64,000 nucleotides of DNA from an uncultured Pelagibacteraceae bacterium (GTDB lineage: Bacteria; Pseudomonadota; Alphaproteobacteria; Pelagibacterales; AG-422-B15): contig CABZHU010000001.1 in assembly GCA_902525575.1 (NCBI GenBank), forward strand, positions 117,109-181,108, written 5' to 3'. The position numbers and the translations under genes are program-made. Below are positions 40,322-50,287 of the stretch, in pieces. The first letter of the stretch is position 1. Every line of letters begins with the position of its first letter. The notes below the pieces were generated by a model that worked only from the letters and a program-made list of their open reading frames with translations, searched no databases and was not told the origin of the DNA.

Positions 40322-41092
40322 CTACTGTTCAGACTCTCCACCGTCTATAACTATATTTTGTCCAGTCATGAACGAGCCTGCCTCAGAGGCAAGATAGACA
40401 GCGGCTCCTGCGATTTCATCAGGCATGCCAATTCTTTTGAGCGCTGATTTCGCTGTTGTTACCCTCAAAATGTCCTCATTTTCCCAAAGTGCACGTGCAA
40501 AATCAGTCTTGATTAGCCCTGGAGATATACAATTTGCTCTAATATTATTTCTGCCATATTCCACAGAAATATTCCTTGCTAACTGAGAGTCAGCGGCCTT
40601 ACTAATAGCATAAGCGCCTAACATGCTGCTTCCATGCAGACCTGCTATTGATGAAATTATAATAATAGAACCACTTTTTATTTTTACCATATCGGGCAAT
40701 ATTTCGTTACATAGCCAAAAATTACTCTGTACATTTGATTTCATTATTTTTTCAAATGCTTCATCTGGTATGTTGTTAGATGGCCCAAAATATGGATTTA
40801 CAGCCGCGTTGCATACTAAAGTTGTTATACTTCCACAAAACTCCTTTGATTTAACATACAAGTTTTTTAATTGTTCTTTGTCAGAAATATTACATGATAT
40901 TGCTGTAGCGGTATCCTTACCAAACGTAGTATTAATTTCTTCAGCAACGTTCTCGCATGCATCAATTTTGCGACTTGTTATTATTACTTTGGCGCCATGC
41001 TCCGCCATTCGATATGCAATAGCCTTACCAATGCCACGTGAAGATCCAGTGATAATTGCATTTTTATCTTTTAAATCAAAAAGTGATGTCAT
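40322..41092 (-). CDS. Short-chain dehydrogenase/reductase (SDR) family oxidoreductase
   Basis: TGSSRGIGKAIA cofactor motif and catalytic YAISKAA (YxxxK). Confidence 0.88.
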   Translation of the reverse strand: MTSLFDLKDKNAIITGSSRGIGKAIAYRMAEHGAKVIITSRKIDACENVAEEINTTFGKDTATAISCNISDKEQLKNLYVKSKEFCGSITTLVCNAAVNPYFGPSNNIPDEAFEKIMKSNVQSNFWLCNEILPDMVKIKSGSIIIISSIAGLHGSSMLGAYAISKAADSQLARNISVEYGRNNIRANCISPGLIKTDFARALWENEDILRVTTAKSALKRIGMPDEIAGAAVYLASEAGSFMTGQNIVIDGGESEQ

Positions 41093-41153
41093 TTAATTAC
41101 GAACTGATTTAAAAAAAAGATTATAAGTTAATAAAATAATTTCAATATAAAAT

Positions 41154-42020
41154 ATGAATATTAATAAAATTAATAGTGTTGAGAGTTATTCACTATCCTA
41201 TAAAGCAATTTTATGTGATCTCTGGGGAGTAATTCATAATGGTGTTGAAATTTATGCTGGCGCTCTCACTTATCTTAAACGCATGAAGGAGCATGGAATT
41301 GATGTTTATTTGATTTCTAATGCCCCGCGTCCTAATTATGTTGTTCAGGAGGGTTTGACAAATAAACTTGGACTTAATCCTGATCTTTATAAACATATTT
41401 ATACCTCTGGGGATATAGGAACGAAGTTTGTTAATAAAAAAATTCATGGTGAAAGTTATTTTCATCTAGGTCCAACTAAGGACTATGATTTATTAGAAAA
41501 TATAAATATTAGTAAGGTAGATAGTATTAATGAGGCAGATTTCATTTTAACAACAGGACTTTACGATGACAGTTTTGAAACTCCTAAAGACTATAATGAT
41601 TTATTTAATGACTTCATGGAGAAAGAAAAACCTATTGTATGTGTAAATCCTGATGAAATTGTTTATCGAGGAGTAAACTCTATCTTTTGCGCTGGAGCTT
41701 TAGGCAAATATTATGAAAAACTTGGCGGTAAAGTAGTATATTATGGAAAACCATACGTTGAAATTTATGACCAAGCTTTTCAAGATTTGAAAAATATGAA
41801 TAATATTGAAAATAAGTCAGATATTCTTGCAATCGGGGACAGTATCAAAACCGACTGTCTTGGTGCACAAAACTTTAATTTGGATTTTGTTTTTATAATG
41901 AATGGTATACATAAAGCTCAAGTATCAGGTAAAAAAAACATTGAAGATATTCGCAATCTTGTAAAAAATATTCTTTCAAGAGATATAAAAGAAATCGCAG
42001 TTTCTGATTTTCTAAAGTGA
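41154..42020 (+). CDS. HAD-superfamily subfamily IIA hydrolase (TIGR01459-like)
   Basis: CDLWGVIHNG nucleophile motif, 288 aa, immediately upstream of ribF as in many alphaproteobacteria (from memory). Confidence 0.8.
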   Translation: MNINKINSVESYSLSYKAILCDLWGVIHNGVEIYAGALTYLKRMKEHGIDVYLISNAPRPNYVVQEGLTNKLGLNPDLYKHIYTSGDIGTKFVNKKIHGESYFHLGPTKDYDLLENINISKVDSINEADFILTTGLYDDSFETPKDYNDLFNDFMEKEKPIVCVNPDEIVYRGVNSIFCAGALGKYYEKLGGKVVYYGKPYVEIYDQAFQDLKNMNNIENKSDILAIGDSIKTDCLGAQNFNLDFVFIMNGIHKAQVSGKKNIEDIRNLVKNILSRDIKEIAVSDFLK

Positions 42021-42026
42021 GTTAAA

Positions 42027-42986
42027 GTGAAAATATTTAAAGATCTCAAAAAGACGTATAGTTTTACGAAAGACTCTATCCTTATAATAGGTAACCTCGA
42101 TGGTGTTCATAAAGGTCACCAATCAATAATATCGTTAGCCAAGAAACTTAGTAAAAAAAAAGATGCAAAAGTTGGAGTATTACTTTTTGATCCTCATCCT
42201 AGGAGGTATTTTGAAAGGGATAATAAGGGCTTTTTATTAACACAAGTTGATACGCGTCTGGAAATTTTAAAATCCCATAAAATTGATTATGCGATTGTCT
42301 TAAAGTTCAATAAGAGCATTGCAACAATGACACCTAGATTATTTTGTAAAAAAATTCTTTTTTCAGGCATAGCTATGAAGAATATTTTTGTTGGTAAGAA
42401 TTTTAGGTTTGGTAATAAAAGATCTGGCGACTATCGGTTTCTATCAAATTTTGGAAAAGAACATTCATTTAATGTGACACCCATAAATTTAGTGGAAACA
42501 AATAAAATCCTTCAAAAAAAAACAAAAATGAAAATTTACTCTTCATCAAATATAAGAGCTTTAATTCAAAAAGGGGAGGTGAAACTTGCCAACAAATTTC
42601 TTGGGTCGCCGTTTACAATTATCTCTAGGGTAATGAAAGGTGATCAAAGAGGGCGAACAATAGGAGTTCCAACAGCAAACCTTAAAATTGATGAATATAT
42701 TCAGCCTAACCATGGCGTTTATGCTATTCGTGCAAAAGTAATGAATAAGCGTGCAAAGGGAAAGAATTACAAGGGAATTGCCAATTTTGGAGTCAGACCA
42801 ACTTTTGATAAAAATAAGCCCTTATTAGAGGTTCACTTGTTTAATTTTAATTTGAATATTTATAATTCTTCATTAAAAGTAGAATTTATTGACTTCATTA
42901 GGAAAGAAAAAAAGTTTTCTGGAATAGATTCATTAAAAAATCAATTGAAAATAGATATATCCAAAGCTAAGAAAATCTTAAATTAA
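42027..42986 (+). CDS. ribF: Bifunctional riboflavin kinase / FMN adenylyltransferase
   Basis: GNLDGVHKGHQ, GDQRGRTIGVPTANL, GTG start. Confidence 0.92.
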   Translation: MKIFKDLKKTYSFTKDSILIIGNLDGVHKGHQSIISLAKKLSKKKDAKVGVLLFDPHPRRYFERDNKGFLLTQVDTRLEILKSHKIDYAIVLKFNKSIATMTPRLFCKKILFSGIAMKNIFVGKNFRFGNKRSGDYRFLSNFGKEHSFNVTPINLVETNKILQKKTKMKIYSSSNIRALIQKGEVKLANKFLGSPFTIISRVMKGDQRGRTIGVPTANLKIDEYIQPNHGVYAIRAKVMNKRAKGKNYKGIANFGVRPTFDKNKPLLEVHLFNFNLNIYNSSLKVEFIDFIRKEKKFSGIDSLKNQLKIDISKAKKILN

Positions 42987-42990
42987 TAAA

Positions 42991-45801
42991 ATGACCGCTA
43001 AAGATGATAAAATAGATTTTAGTGAAACTTTGTTTTTGCCTAAAACTTCTTTTGCTATGCGTGCGGGACTGCCTGAACAAGAGCCAAGCATATTAGAGGA
43101 TTGGAATAAAAATAATCTTTACCATAAATTAAGAAACAATTCGAAAGACCGAAAGAAATTTGTACTTCATGATGGCCCACCATACGCAAATGGCCATCTT
43201 CATATGGGGCATGCTTTAAATAAAGTTTTAAAAGATTTTGTTGTTCGGTCGCAGCAAATGCTTGGCCACAATAGCTCATATATTCCTGGCTGGGACTGTC
43301 ATGGCCTCCCGATAGAGTGGAAGATTGAAGAACAATATCGAGAAAAAGGAAAAGATAAAGACGAAGTAGATATCATTCAGTTTAGAAAAGAATGTAGGGA
43401 ATTTGCTAAAAAGTGGATTGATATCCAGAGATCGGAATTTATTAGGCTAGGAGTAACTGGGGATTGGTTCAATCCCTATACTACAATGTCTTACGAAGCT
43501 GAGTCTACAATTGTGAAGGAGTTTTTTAAATTTTTGGAAAATGAGAGTTTATATCGTGGCTCTAAACCAGTTATGTGGTCAACAGTTGAAAAGACCGCAT
43601 TAGCTGAAGCTGAAATAGAATACAAAGAACATAAATCGATAACAATTTTTGTAAAATTTCCTGTTATTTCTTCACTGGAAAATAATGAAGTAAATACGTC
43701 AGTTATTATTTGGACTACGACTCCATGGACTATACCAGCAAATCGAGCCATAGCTTTCAGTAAAGATATAAGTTATTCAATTTATTCTGTTAATGGATTA
43801 GAAGAAAACAGTCTACTAAATGAAAGAGATCAAATTATTATCGCTGATGAACTGATAGACAATGTAAGAACTCAGTGCAAAGTAAAAGAGCTGACAAAAA
43901 TTAGAGCAATTAAAGACTTAGATCAAATAATTTGTGGGCATCCTTTTAGAGATTCAGGATATGATTTTGAAGTTAAATTATTTAATGCTGATTTTGTAAC
44001 TTTAGAACAAGGAAGTGGATTTGTTCATATAGCCCCAGGTCATGGAGCAGATGATTATAATTTGGGCATTGCAAATAATGTAGAAGTTCCAGAAACAGTG
44101 GATGAGAATGGTCAATATTTTGACCATGTTCCCCTTTTTAAAGGCAAAAAAGTATTTAATGATGATGGCTCTGATGCAGATGCAAATGTAGCAGTGATCG
44201 TTGAGCTTAAAAATCATAATAACCTTGCAGGCAAGGGATCACTCAGGCACAGCTATCCTCATTCATGGAGATCTAAAGCTCCTGTCATATTCAGAAATAC
44301 TCCTCAGTGGTTTATTAGTATGGAAAAGAATGGATTAAGGTCAACGGCACTTAATGAAATAGATAAAGTTAATTGGTTCCCTAAACAAGGTAAGAATAGA
44401 ATATATTCGATGATTGAAGATAGACCTGATTGGGTTGTTTCAAGGCAAAGAGCCTGGGGTGTTCCTCTATCTATATTTTACCATATAGAAACAGGACAAC
44501 CTTTAATGGATAAAGAAATTAATCAAAAAATAATCGATTTGTATAGAGAAGAAGGATCAGACGCTTGGTTTAAATACTCTAAAGAAGAATTGTTGGGAGA
44601 TAAGTACGATCCAAATGATTATAAAAAAGTTGATGATATTCTTGATGTTTGGTTTGATTCTGGCTGTACTCATTCTTTTGTTTTAGACGAAAAGGAGGAT
44701 CAAATGTGGCCCGCATCTCTTTATTTAGAAGGCACTGATCAACATAGAGGATGGTTTCACTCCTCACTTTTGGAGTCATGTGGTACCAGAGGGATTGCTC
44801 CTTACGAGTCGGTCTTGACGCATGGTTTTGTTCTTCACGAAGATGGACTAAAAATGAGTAAGTCTTCAGCTAATATAGTTTCACCTGATGAAATTATAAA
44901 TAAATCTGGAGCAGATATATTGAGGCTATGGGTTGCAAGCAGCGATTATTCTGAAGACTTGAAAATAGGGCCAGAGATAATGAAGAGTAATGTAGATAGC
45001 TACAGAAGACTGAGGAATACATTACGTTTCATTCTTGGAAACTTATCTGAATTTAATGATAATGAAAAAATTTCTTTTGCGGAACTCAGTGAGCTTGATC
45101 AATATATATTATCTCAGTTAGAAGAGTTAAAAAAAGAAGTAATAGAAAATTATAAAATATTTGAATATCAAAAAGTTTTTTCTGCAATATTTAATTTTTG
45201 TACTAATGATTTATCCTCTTTTTATTTTGATATTAAAAAGGATGTTCTTTACTGCGAATCTAAAGATAGCCATATCAGGATGTCTACTCGAACAGTATTA
45301 GATAAACTATTTTATAACTTGCTTACCTTACTCGCGCCTATTTTATGTTTTACATCTGAAGAGGCTTGGCAAAGCAGACTTGGAAAAGAATCAAGTGTCC
45401 ATGAAGTTGATTTTCCAGCCTTAGAAAGTAATATTATTAATAAAGAGCTCACAAAAAAATGGGATTTATATAAGCAGTTGCGTAAAGTAATAAATGGTGC
45501 AATTGAGGTAAAGAGAAAAGAAAAAGTCATCGGCTCAAGTCTTGAGGCATCTGTTACACTCTTTTCAACAAAAAATATTAATGAAATTGATAGTGATACA
45601 CTTGAAAATATTTCAATAATAAGTGAATTAACAATATTAAACGAAAAGCCACCAGAAGGCTCATATATTTCTGAGTCAGATAAAGATATAGGTATTGTAG
45701 TTAAGAAAGTTGATGGCAATAAGTGTGAGAGATGCTGGAAATATTATCCAAATTTATTTAAAGATATGTGTACACGATGTGAGCAAGTTATTTGTAAATA
45801 A
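42991..45801 (+). CDS. ileS: Isoleucyl-tRNA synthetase
   Basis: HMGHALNK (HIGH), KMSKS, and a C-terminal Zn motif CERCWKY...CTRC. 936 aa. Confidence 0.98.
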   Translation: MTAKDDKIDFSETLFLPKTSFAMRAGLPEQEPSILEDWNKNNLYHKLRNNSKDRKKFVLHDGPPYANGHLHMGHALNKVLKDFVVRSQQMLGHNSSYIPGWDCHGLPIEWKIEEQYREKGKDKDEVDIIQFRKECREFAKKWIDIQRSEFIRLGVTGDWFNPYTTMSYEAESTIVKEFFKFLENESLYRGSKPVMWSTVEKTALAEAEIEYKEHKSITIFVKFPVISSLENNEVNTSVIIWTTTPWTIPANRAIAFSKDISYSIYSVNGLEENSLLNERDQIIIADELIDNVRTQCKVKELTKIRAIKDLDQIICGHPFRDSGYDFEVKLFNADFVTLEQGSGFVHIAPGHGADDYNLGIANNVEVPETVDENGQYFDHVPLFKGKKVFNDDGSDADANVAVIVELKNHNNLAGKGSLRHSYPHSWRSKAPVIFRNTPQWFISMEKNGLRSTALNEIDKVNWFPKQGKNRIYSMIEDRPDWVVSRQRAWGVPLSIFYHIETGQPLMDKEINQKIIDLYREEGSDAWFKYSKEELLGDKYDPNDYKKVDDILDVWFDSGCTHSFVLDEKEDQMWPASLYLEGTDQHRGWFHSSLLESCGTRGIAPYESVLTHGFVLHEDGLKMSKSSANIVSPDEIINKSGADILRLWVASSDYSEDLKIGPEIMKSNVDSYRRLRNTLRFILGNLSEFNDNEKISFAELSELDQYILSQLEELKKEVIENYKIFEYQKVFSAIFNFCTNDLSSFYFDIKKDVLYCESKDSHIRMSTRTVLDKLFYNLLTLLAPILCFTSEEAWQSRLGKESSVHEVDFPALESNIINKELTKKWDLYKQLRKVINGAIEVKRKEKVIGSSLEASVTLFSTKNINEIDSDTLENISIISELTILNEKPPEGSYISESDKDIGIVVKKVDGNKCERCWKYYPNLFKDMCTRCEQVICK

Positions 45802-46305
45802 ATGATTTATAAACTTTCTAAATTTTTTTTATTGATTTTATTTTTTTTTGCTCTTGATCAAATAAGTAAAAATATAATTATAGATATTTACAACATTGAT
45901 GTTGAAAACCTTAGTTCTCAATATTTAACTTCGATCAATGATTACTTAAACTTATATTTAATTTGGAATAAAGGCTTCGCCTTTGGATTATTTCAAAATG
46001 ACATAAGGACTGTAAATAATATTTATATGATTTTAATGGCTGTAGTTATTTTTGCTGTATTCATTTACGCCTTAACAATTAATAGTAAAGTTTACTATTA
46101 TGGATTTAGTTTAATAATTGGAGGCGCATTGGGCAATCTTTTTGATCGTTATCAGTATGCAGCGGTATTAGATTTTATTGACGTGCATTATAATAATTTC
46201 CATTGGTATGTATTTAATATTGCTGATATAAATATAACTCTTGGATGCATCCTAATAATAATTTTAGAATTGTTTTCAAATAGAAAGAAAAAAAATGAAA
46301 TATAA
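45802..46305 (+). CDS. lspA: Lipoprotein signal peptidase II
   Basis: NKGFAFG and FNIADINI motifs. The ATG directly abuts the ileS stop. Confidence 0.9.
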   Translation: MIYKLSKFFLLILFFFALDQISKNIIIDIYNIDVENLSSQYLTSINDYLNLYLIWNKGFAFGLFQNDIRTVNNIYMILMAVVIFAVFIYALTINSKVYYYGFSLIIGGALGNLFDRYQYAAVLDFIDVHYNNFHWYVFNIADINITLGCILIIILELFSNRKKKNEI

Positions 46306-46957
46306 AATAACCAGTCGATACTTTCTATTGATAGTTTTTTTTATATTTATTTCTTGTTCTAATAATACAGTAAGAGATTATACTTCTCTTAAGCAAAAAG
46401 CACTTGAAATACCCCCTGACTTTGAGTTATCACCTCCAGTTGTAAATGATGAGTCTGCAAGTGAAGAGCTGCCAAATGAAGAAGTGATAGAAGATATTGA
46501 AGAAATACTAACAAGTGATAACAGTGCACAAACTAGTGAAAAGACTGAGAGTTCATCTTTAGAAGATTTCATTGATAGTAATTTTGTTAATGATGAAAAA
46601 GAAGAAGTATCAAATGAAGTAAACACAAATGACGATACTGAGTCTCTGGATATCTTGGTAAATGACGACTTGCCTGATCAGGCTATTAATGTGGAAAATA
46701 CAAATGATACAGAAGAGATGATTCAAGATGATCAAGCCCAAACTAATGAGTCTCAAGAAACCAATTTTACTGAAGAAAAGTTGCTCGATGAGTTATCAAA
46801 TGTAGATGATATAACATCGCTTCCAGAAGAAGAGCAGTTGAAGCCTGAGATTATTGAAGAGGAAGTTTATGACGATCCTACAGTTTACAATGATGATCAA
46901 GATTTAAATGATCTATTGAATAGAGTGGATGATTTACTCAATTCATATTCAAATTAA
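46295..46957 (+). CDS. Extremely acidic lipoprotein (DUF3035-like N-terminus)
   Basis: Lipobox-like FISC after a hydrophobic signal, and a PPDFELSPP motif that I associate with the DUF3035 lipoproteins found next to lspA. The remaining ~170 aa are very D/E/N/S/T-rich. Confidence 0.65.
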   Translation: MKYKITSRYFLLIVFFIFISCSNNTVRDYTSLKQKALEIPPDFELSPPVVNDESASEELPNEEVIEDIEEILTSDNSAQTSEKTESSSLEDFIDSNFVNDEKEEVSNEVNTNDDTESLDILVNDDLPDQAINVENTNDTEEMIQDDQAQTNESQETNFTEEKLLDELSNVDDITSLPEEEQLKPEIIEEEVYDDPTVYNDDQDLNDLLNRVDDLLNSYSN

Positions 46958-46968
46958 ATATTCTATAA

Positions 46969-47964
46969 ATGTTTAAGTTTTTTAAAGATCCAAAATGGTT
47001 TTATTGGGCATATATTGGTTCAGCAATTATTTTATCATCATTATGGGTTCAGGTGCAAATTGACGTAAAAATCAATGAATGGTTCGGTGAATTTTATGAC
47101 ATGATACAAGAGGCGTTGTCAGCTCCTAACGTAATTACTATAGAAGAATATTGGGCAAGTCTTTTATCATTTATAACGTTAGCTGGCATGTATGTGGCGG
47201 TTGCAGTTCTTGTAAGTTATTTTACTAATCATTTTCTATTTAGGTGGAGAACCGCAATGGTAGAATGGTATCATTCTGTTTATGACAAAGCCCGCAAAAT
47301 TGAAGGGGCCTCACAGAGAGTTCAAGAAGACACAATTAAATTCTCAAGAATCATGGAGTCTCTTGGAACGAGTTTGATCGAGGCATTAATGATACTGGTT
47401 GAATTTATGCCAATTTTATTTGGCCTCAGCATTGGAATTCCAATATTTTTCTTTGGTGAATGGGAATATGGTTTAGTTGTCGGGGCGTTGGTGTGGTCAA
47501 TTGGTGGTACATTATTTTTAATTATTCTTGGTTTGATTTTAAGACTAGTTGGAATTGAATATGATCTTCAAAAACAGGAAGCTGCATATCGAAAAATGTT
47601 AGTAATTGCTGAGGATGATGAGACTATTAGGCCAAAAACTCTTGAGGAATTGTTTGATGATGTAAGGCAGATACATTTTTTAAGCTATATAAGATACCTT
47701 TACTTTGACATTGGCCGTGTTGCATTTTTGCAGGCAAATGTTTTATCAGCATATGTGTTTTTAGCACCCGCAATTGTTGCAGGCGTTGTAACTCTTGGTG
47801 TTATGCAGCAAATAATCAGGGCATTTGGAAGAGTTGAGGGATCAATGCAATATCTACTAAAAGCATGGCCTACTATAATTGAGCTCGCAAGTGTTTATAA
47901 AAGACTAAGGGAGTTTGAAAGACAAATTGATGAAGTTTTAATCGAAGAGGAAACTCCAGTATAA
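46969..47964 (+). CDS. SbmA/BacA-like inner-membrane transporter, short form
   Basis: Clear similarity to my recollection of E. coli SbmA: NEWFGEFYDMIQEAL, FRWRTAM, EGASQRVQEDT, AAYRKMLV..EDD, YKRLREFE. It is 331 aa, versus ~406 aa recalled for SbmA. Confidence 0.85.
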   Translation: MFKFFKDPKWFYWAYIGSAIILSSLWVQVQIDVKINEWFGEFYDMIQEALSAPNVITIEEYWASLLSFITLAGMYVAVAVLVSYFTNHFLFRWRTAMVEWYHSVYDKARKIEGASQRVQEDTIKFSRIMESLGTSLIEALMILVEFMPILFGLSIGIPIFFFGEWEYGLVVGALVWSIGGTLFLIILGLILRLVGIEYDLQKQEAAYRKMLVIAEDDETIRPKTLEELFDDVRQIHFLSYIRYLYFDIGRVAFLQANVLSAYVFLAPAIVAGVVTLGVMQQIIRAFGRVEGSMQYLLKAWPTIIELASVYKRLREFERQIDEVLIEEETPV

Positions 47965-47966
47965 AG

Positions 47967-48989
47967 ATGAATTATTCATTCTTAGATTTTGAGAAACTTG
48001 AAAAAAAATTTCTTTTATCTCGCGAAATTATTCCCCAAAAATTTGAAAATATTATTGTTATTGGCTTTGGAGGATCAACGCAAGGCTCAAAAGCGATTAA
48101 TTCCTTTTTAAATGAAATACGAGCAATTTATATTGATCATTTATATTCGGAAATTATCGATAAATTAGTCGTAACTTTGAATTTAGAAAAAACAGGGTTC
48201 ATTTTCATTTCTAAATCTGGCAAAACTTCAGAAACATTATCTATTTTTGAATACTTGATAGACAAATGCAAAAACAAGATAAATATCTCAAATCACTTTT
48301 TTTCTTTAACCGAAGATAAACAATCTCAACTTCACGACTTTTCTTTACAGCACTCAATAAAGCTAATTGAGCATGATCCAGATATAGGAGGAAGATTTTC
48401 TATATTCAGTAATACATCTCTTATACCCGGGTTTTATTTTAATTCTAATTTGTGCAAAAATTTTCTTGAGGGTGGTAGAGAAGCTATGGAAGAAAAAGGT
48501 TTAGCTGAAGATTTGGCTGATCAGTTAAGTCTGTCTATGAAAAACAATAAAAATATCGCAGCATATCTTATTTATGGACATGAATTACTAGAAGTAGGTA
48601 ATTGGAAAAAACAACTTTTTGCTGAATCGCTCGGCAAAAATGGAAAAGGATTTATGCCAGTTGTTTCTGAGATGACAAAAGACCAGCATAGTATTCTACA
48701 ATTATTTCTAGACGGGCCAAAGAATGTATTCTTTGAAATCATGAGCATGGAGAGTGATAAAGTGAATTTAATAAATATGACACTTTCTAACCACATGAGT
48801 GCAATGAACGAGACACTTATAAAACAAGGTCTTAAACCAAGAATCTCAATATTTAAGGAAAATGATGTTAAGGAGCTAGGTTTTTATTTTTGTATCGAAA
48901 TATTAACAGTCATTTTCTTAGCAAAGATTCTTAATGTAGATCCGTTTATTCAGGAAGCAATCGAGCTTCAGAAAAATAATTTAAGTTAG
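47967..48989 (+). CDS. Short glucose-6-phosphate isomerase-like (SIS/PGI family) protein
   Basis: PGI-type motifs GFGGSTQGSKA, ISKSGKTSETL, GGRFSIFS, ESLGKNGKG and a C-terminal DPFIQEAIELQK, in only 340 aa. Confidence 0.7.
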   Translation: MNYSFLDFEKLEKKFLLSREIIPQKFENIIVIGFGGSTQGSKAINSFLNEIRAIYIDHLYSEIIDKLVVTLNLEKTGFIFISKSGKTSETLSIFEYLIDKCKNKINISNHFFSLTEDKQSQLHDFSLQHSIKLIEHDPDIGGRFSIFSNTSLIPGFYFNSNLCKNFLEGGREAMEEKGLAEDLADQLSLSMKNNKNIAAYLIYGHELLEVGNWKKQLFAESLGKNGKGFMPVVSEMTKDQHSILQLFLDGPKNVFFEIMSMESDKVNLINMTLSNHMSAMNETLIKQGLKPRISIFKENDVKELGFYFCIEILTVIFLAKILNVDPFIQEAIELQKNNLS

Positions 48990-49550
48990 TCTATAGAAAG
49001 AAAATTTTGATATACCCAACTCTTTAACTCTTTCTATTTTTAGCTCTGGGATTAATATATCTTTTGATTTTCTTTGCTCTTCAATAACCAGTATAGAGGT
49101 TTTGTTTATAAGATTTTTCTTTAGGATATTTTTTATAGATCTGGTAACTAAGTTTTTATTATAAGGAGGATCTATATACACTAAGTTAAACTTTGGCTTA
49201 TTAGAAATAGATTCAAATGAGCATGCATTTTCGTTCAGAACAGATATTTGATCAGTGAAGCCTAATTTATTTGCACTCTTATAAATTAGATTAATTATTT
49301 GATCGTTATTCTCAACCATTGTCGCACTGTTAGCTCCTCTTGATAGAGCTTCAAAACTAAATGAACCTGTTCCTGCAAATAAATCTAGAACATTTGATTT
49401 TTCAATTTGAAATCCAGTATTAGTTATTTCTTTACCATGCGTAAGAATATTAAATATCGTTTCTCTATTTTTATCAGATAATGGTCGAACATCTTTATCT
49501 TTATGACTAAAAATAGAATGCCCTTTTTTTAACCCGCTAATAATTCTCAT
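48981..49550 (-). CDS. rsmD: 16S rRNA (guanine966-N2)-methyltransferase RsmD
   Basis: LDLFAGTGS SAM motif and DPPY catalytic motif. 189 aa. Confidence 0.85.
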   Translation of the reverse strand: MRIISGLKKGHSIFSHKDKDVRPLSDKNRETIFNILTHGKEITNTGFQIEKSNVLDLFAGTGSFSFEALSRGANSATMVENNDQIINLIYKSANKLGFTDQISVLNENACSFESISNKPKFNLVYIDPPYNKNLVTRSIKNILKKNLINKTSILVIEEQRKSKDILIPELKIERVKELGISKFSFYRLT

Positions 49551-50238
49551 ATATTTTGACTTTTTTTAATTTACTTCTCTCTAACGATCCTAATTTATAA
49601 GCCCCATAAGATATTCGGATGAGCCGAGTAACAGTTATATTTAATGATTCGAAGATATTTCTTATTTCTCTGTTTTTGCCCTCTAGTAATGACATTTTAA
49701 TCCAAGAGTAAGTCTTTGTCTTGCTAATGAGGCTTACTTTTATAGGCTTGTACCTAATATGCTTTATTTTAAGTCCTTTTGATAATCTATCTATGAAATT
49801 TTTATCAATAAATCCTTGCACCCTTACCTTGTATACTCTTTCAAAATTATTTTTGGGTAATTCCATTTTTCTTTTAAATTCTCCATTATCTGTAAATAGC
49901 AATAAACCCTCAGTGTTATAATCTAATCTTCCAATTGATAATAAATTTTTTTGTTTAGGTCCTAAAAAATCATAAACCGTTTTTCTATTTTTATCATCAG
50001 ACTTAGTAACTAAGCATCCCCTAGGTTTATGAAAAATATAAAGTGAATTTAGTTCACTAATTTTCTTAATTTTAATTATAGTTTCATCAATGCTAATTTT
50101 ATTACTTGGAGAAACTTTTATTCCTTGTGTAGTCAGTAATTTCCCATCTACTTTAATACGACCTTCTTTAATGAATTTATCAATCTCTCTTCGAGAAAAA
50201 TCAGTTGATCTTGCGAGAACTTTATTTATTCTTTCCAT
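49537..50238 (-). CDS. RsuA/RluB-family pseudouridine synthase
   Basis: N-terminal S4 domain and catalytic GRLDYNTEGLLLFTDNG. Confidence 0.88.
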   Translation of the reverse strand: MERINKVLARSTDFSRREIDKFIKEGRIKVDGKLLTTQGIKVSPSNKISIDETIIKIKKISELNSLYIFHKPRGCLVTKSDDKNRKTVYDFLGPKQKNLLSIGRLDYNTEGLLLFTDNGEFKRKMELPKNNFERVYKVRVQGFIDKNFIDRLSKGLKIKHIRYKPIKVSLISKTKTYSWIKMSLLEGKNREIRNIFESLNITVTRLIRISYGAYKLGSLERSKLKKVKIYENY

Positions 50239-50287
50239 TATTATTGTTTAGTTTTTTGAACAATATTTAAGTTACAATTAAATATTT

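Noticed and set aside
40623-41096. 157-aa ORF on the plus strand, entirely antisense to the SDR gene. Similar long antisense ORFs occur at 50721-51176 (in the ACAD), 45312-45719 (in ileS), 39446-39853 and 38549-38761 (in groEL), 35745-36155 (in hisS) and 18995-19318 (in typA).
   Set aside because: All lie fully inside genes with unambiguous motif-supported products on the other strand. Their translations are low-complexity (S/A/P/L/I-rich) with no recognisable motifs. This is typical of shadow frames of codon-biased genes. They are surprising in length for AT-rich DNA, but that is not evidence of coding.
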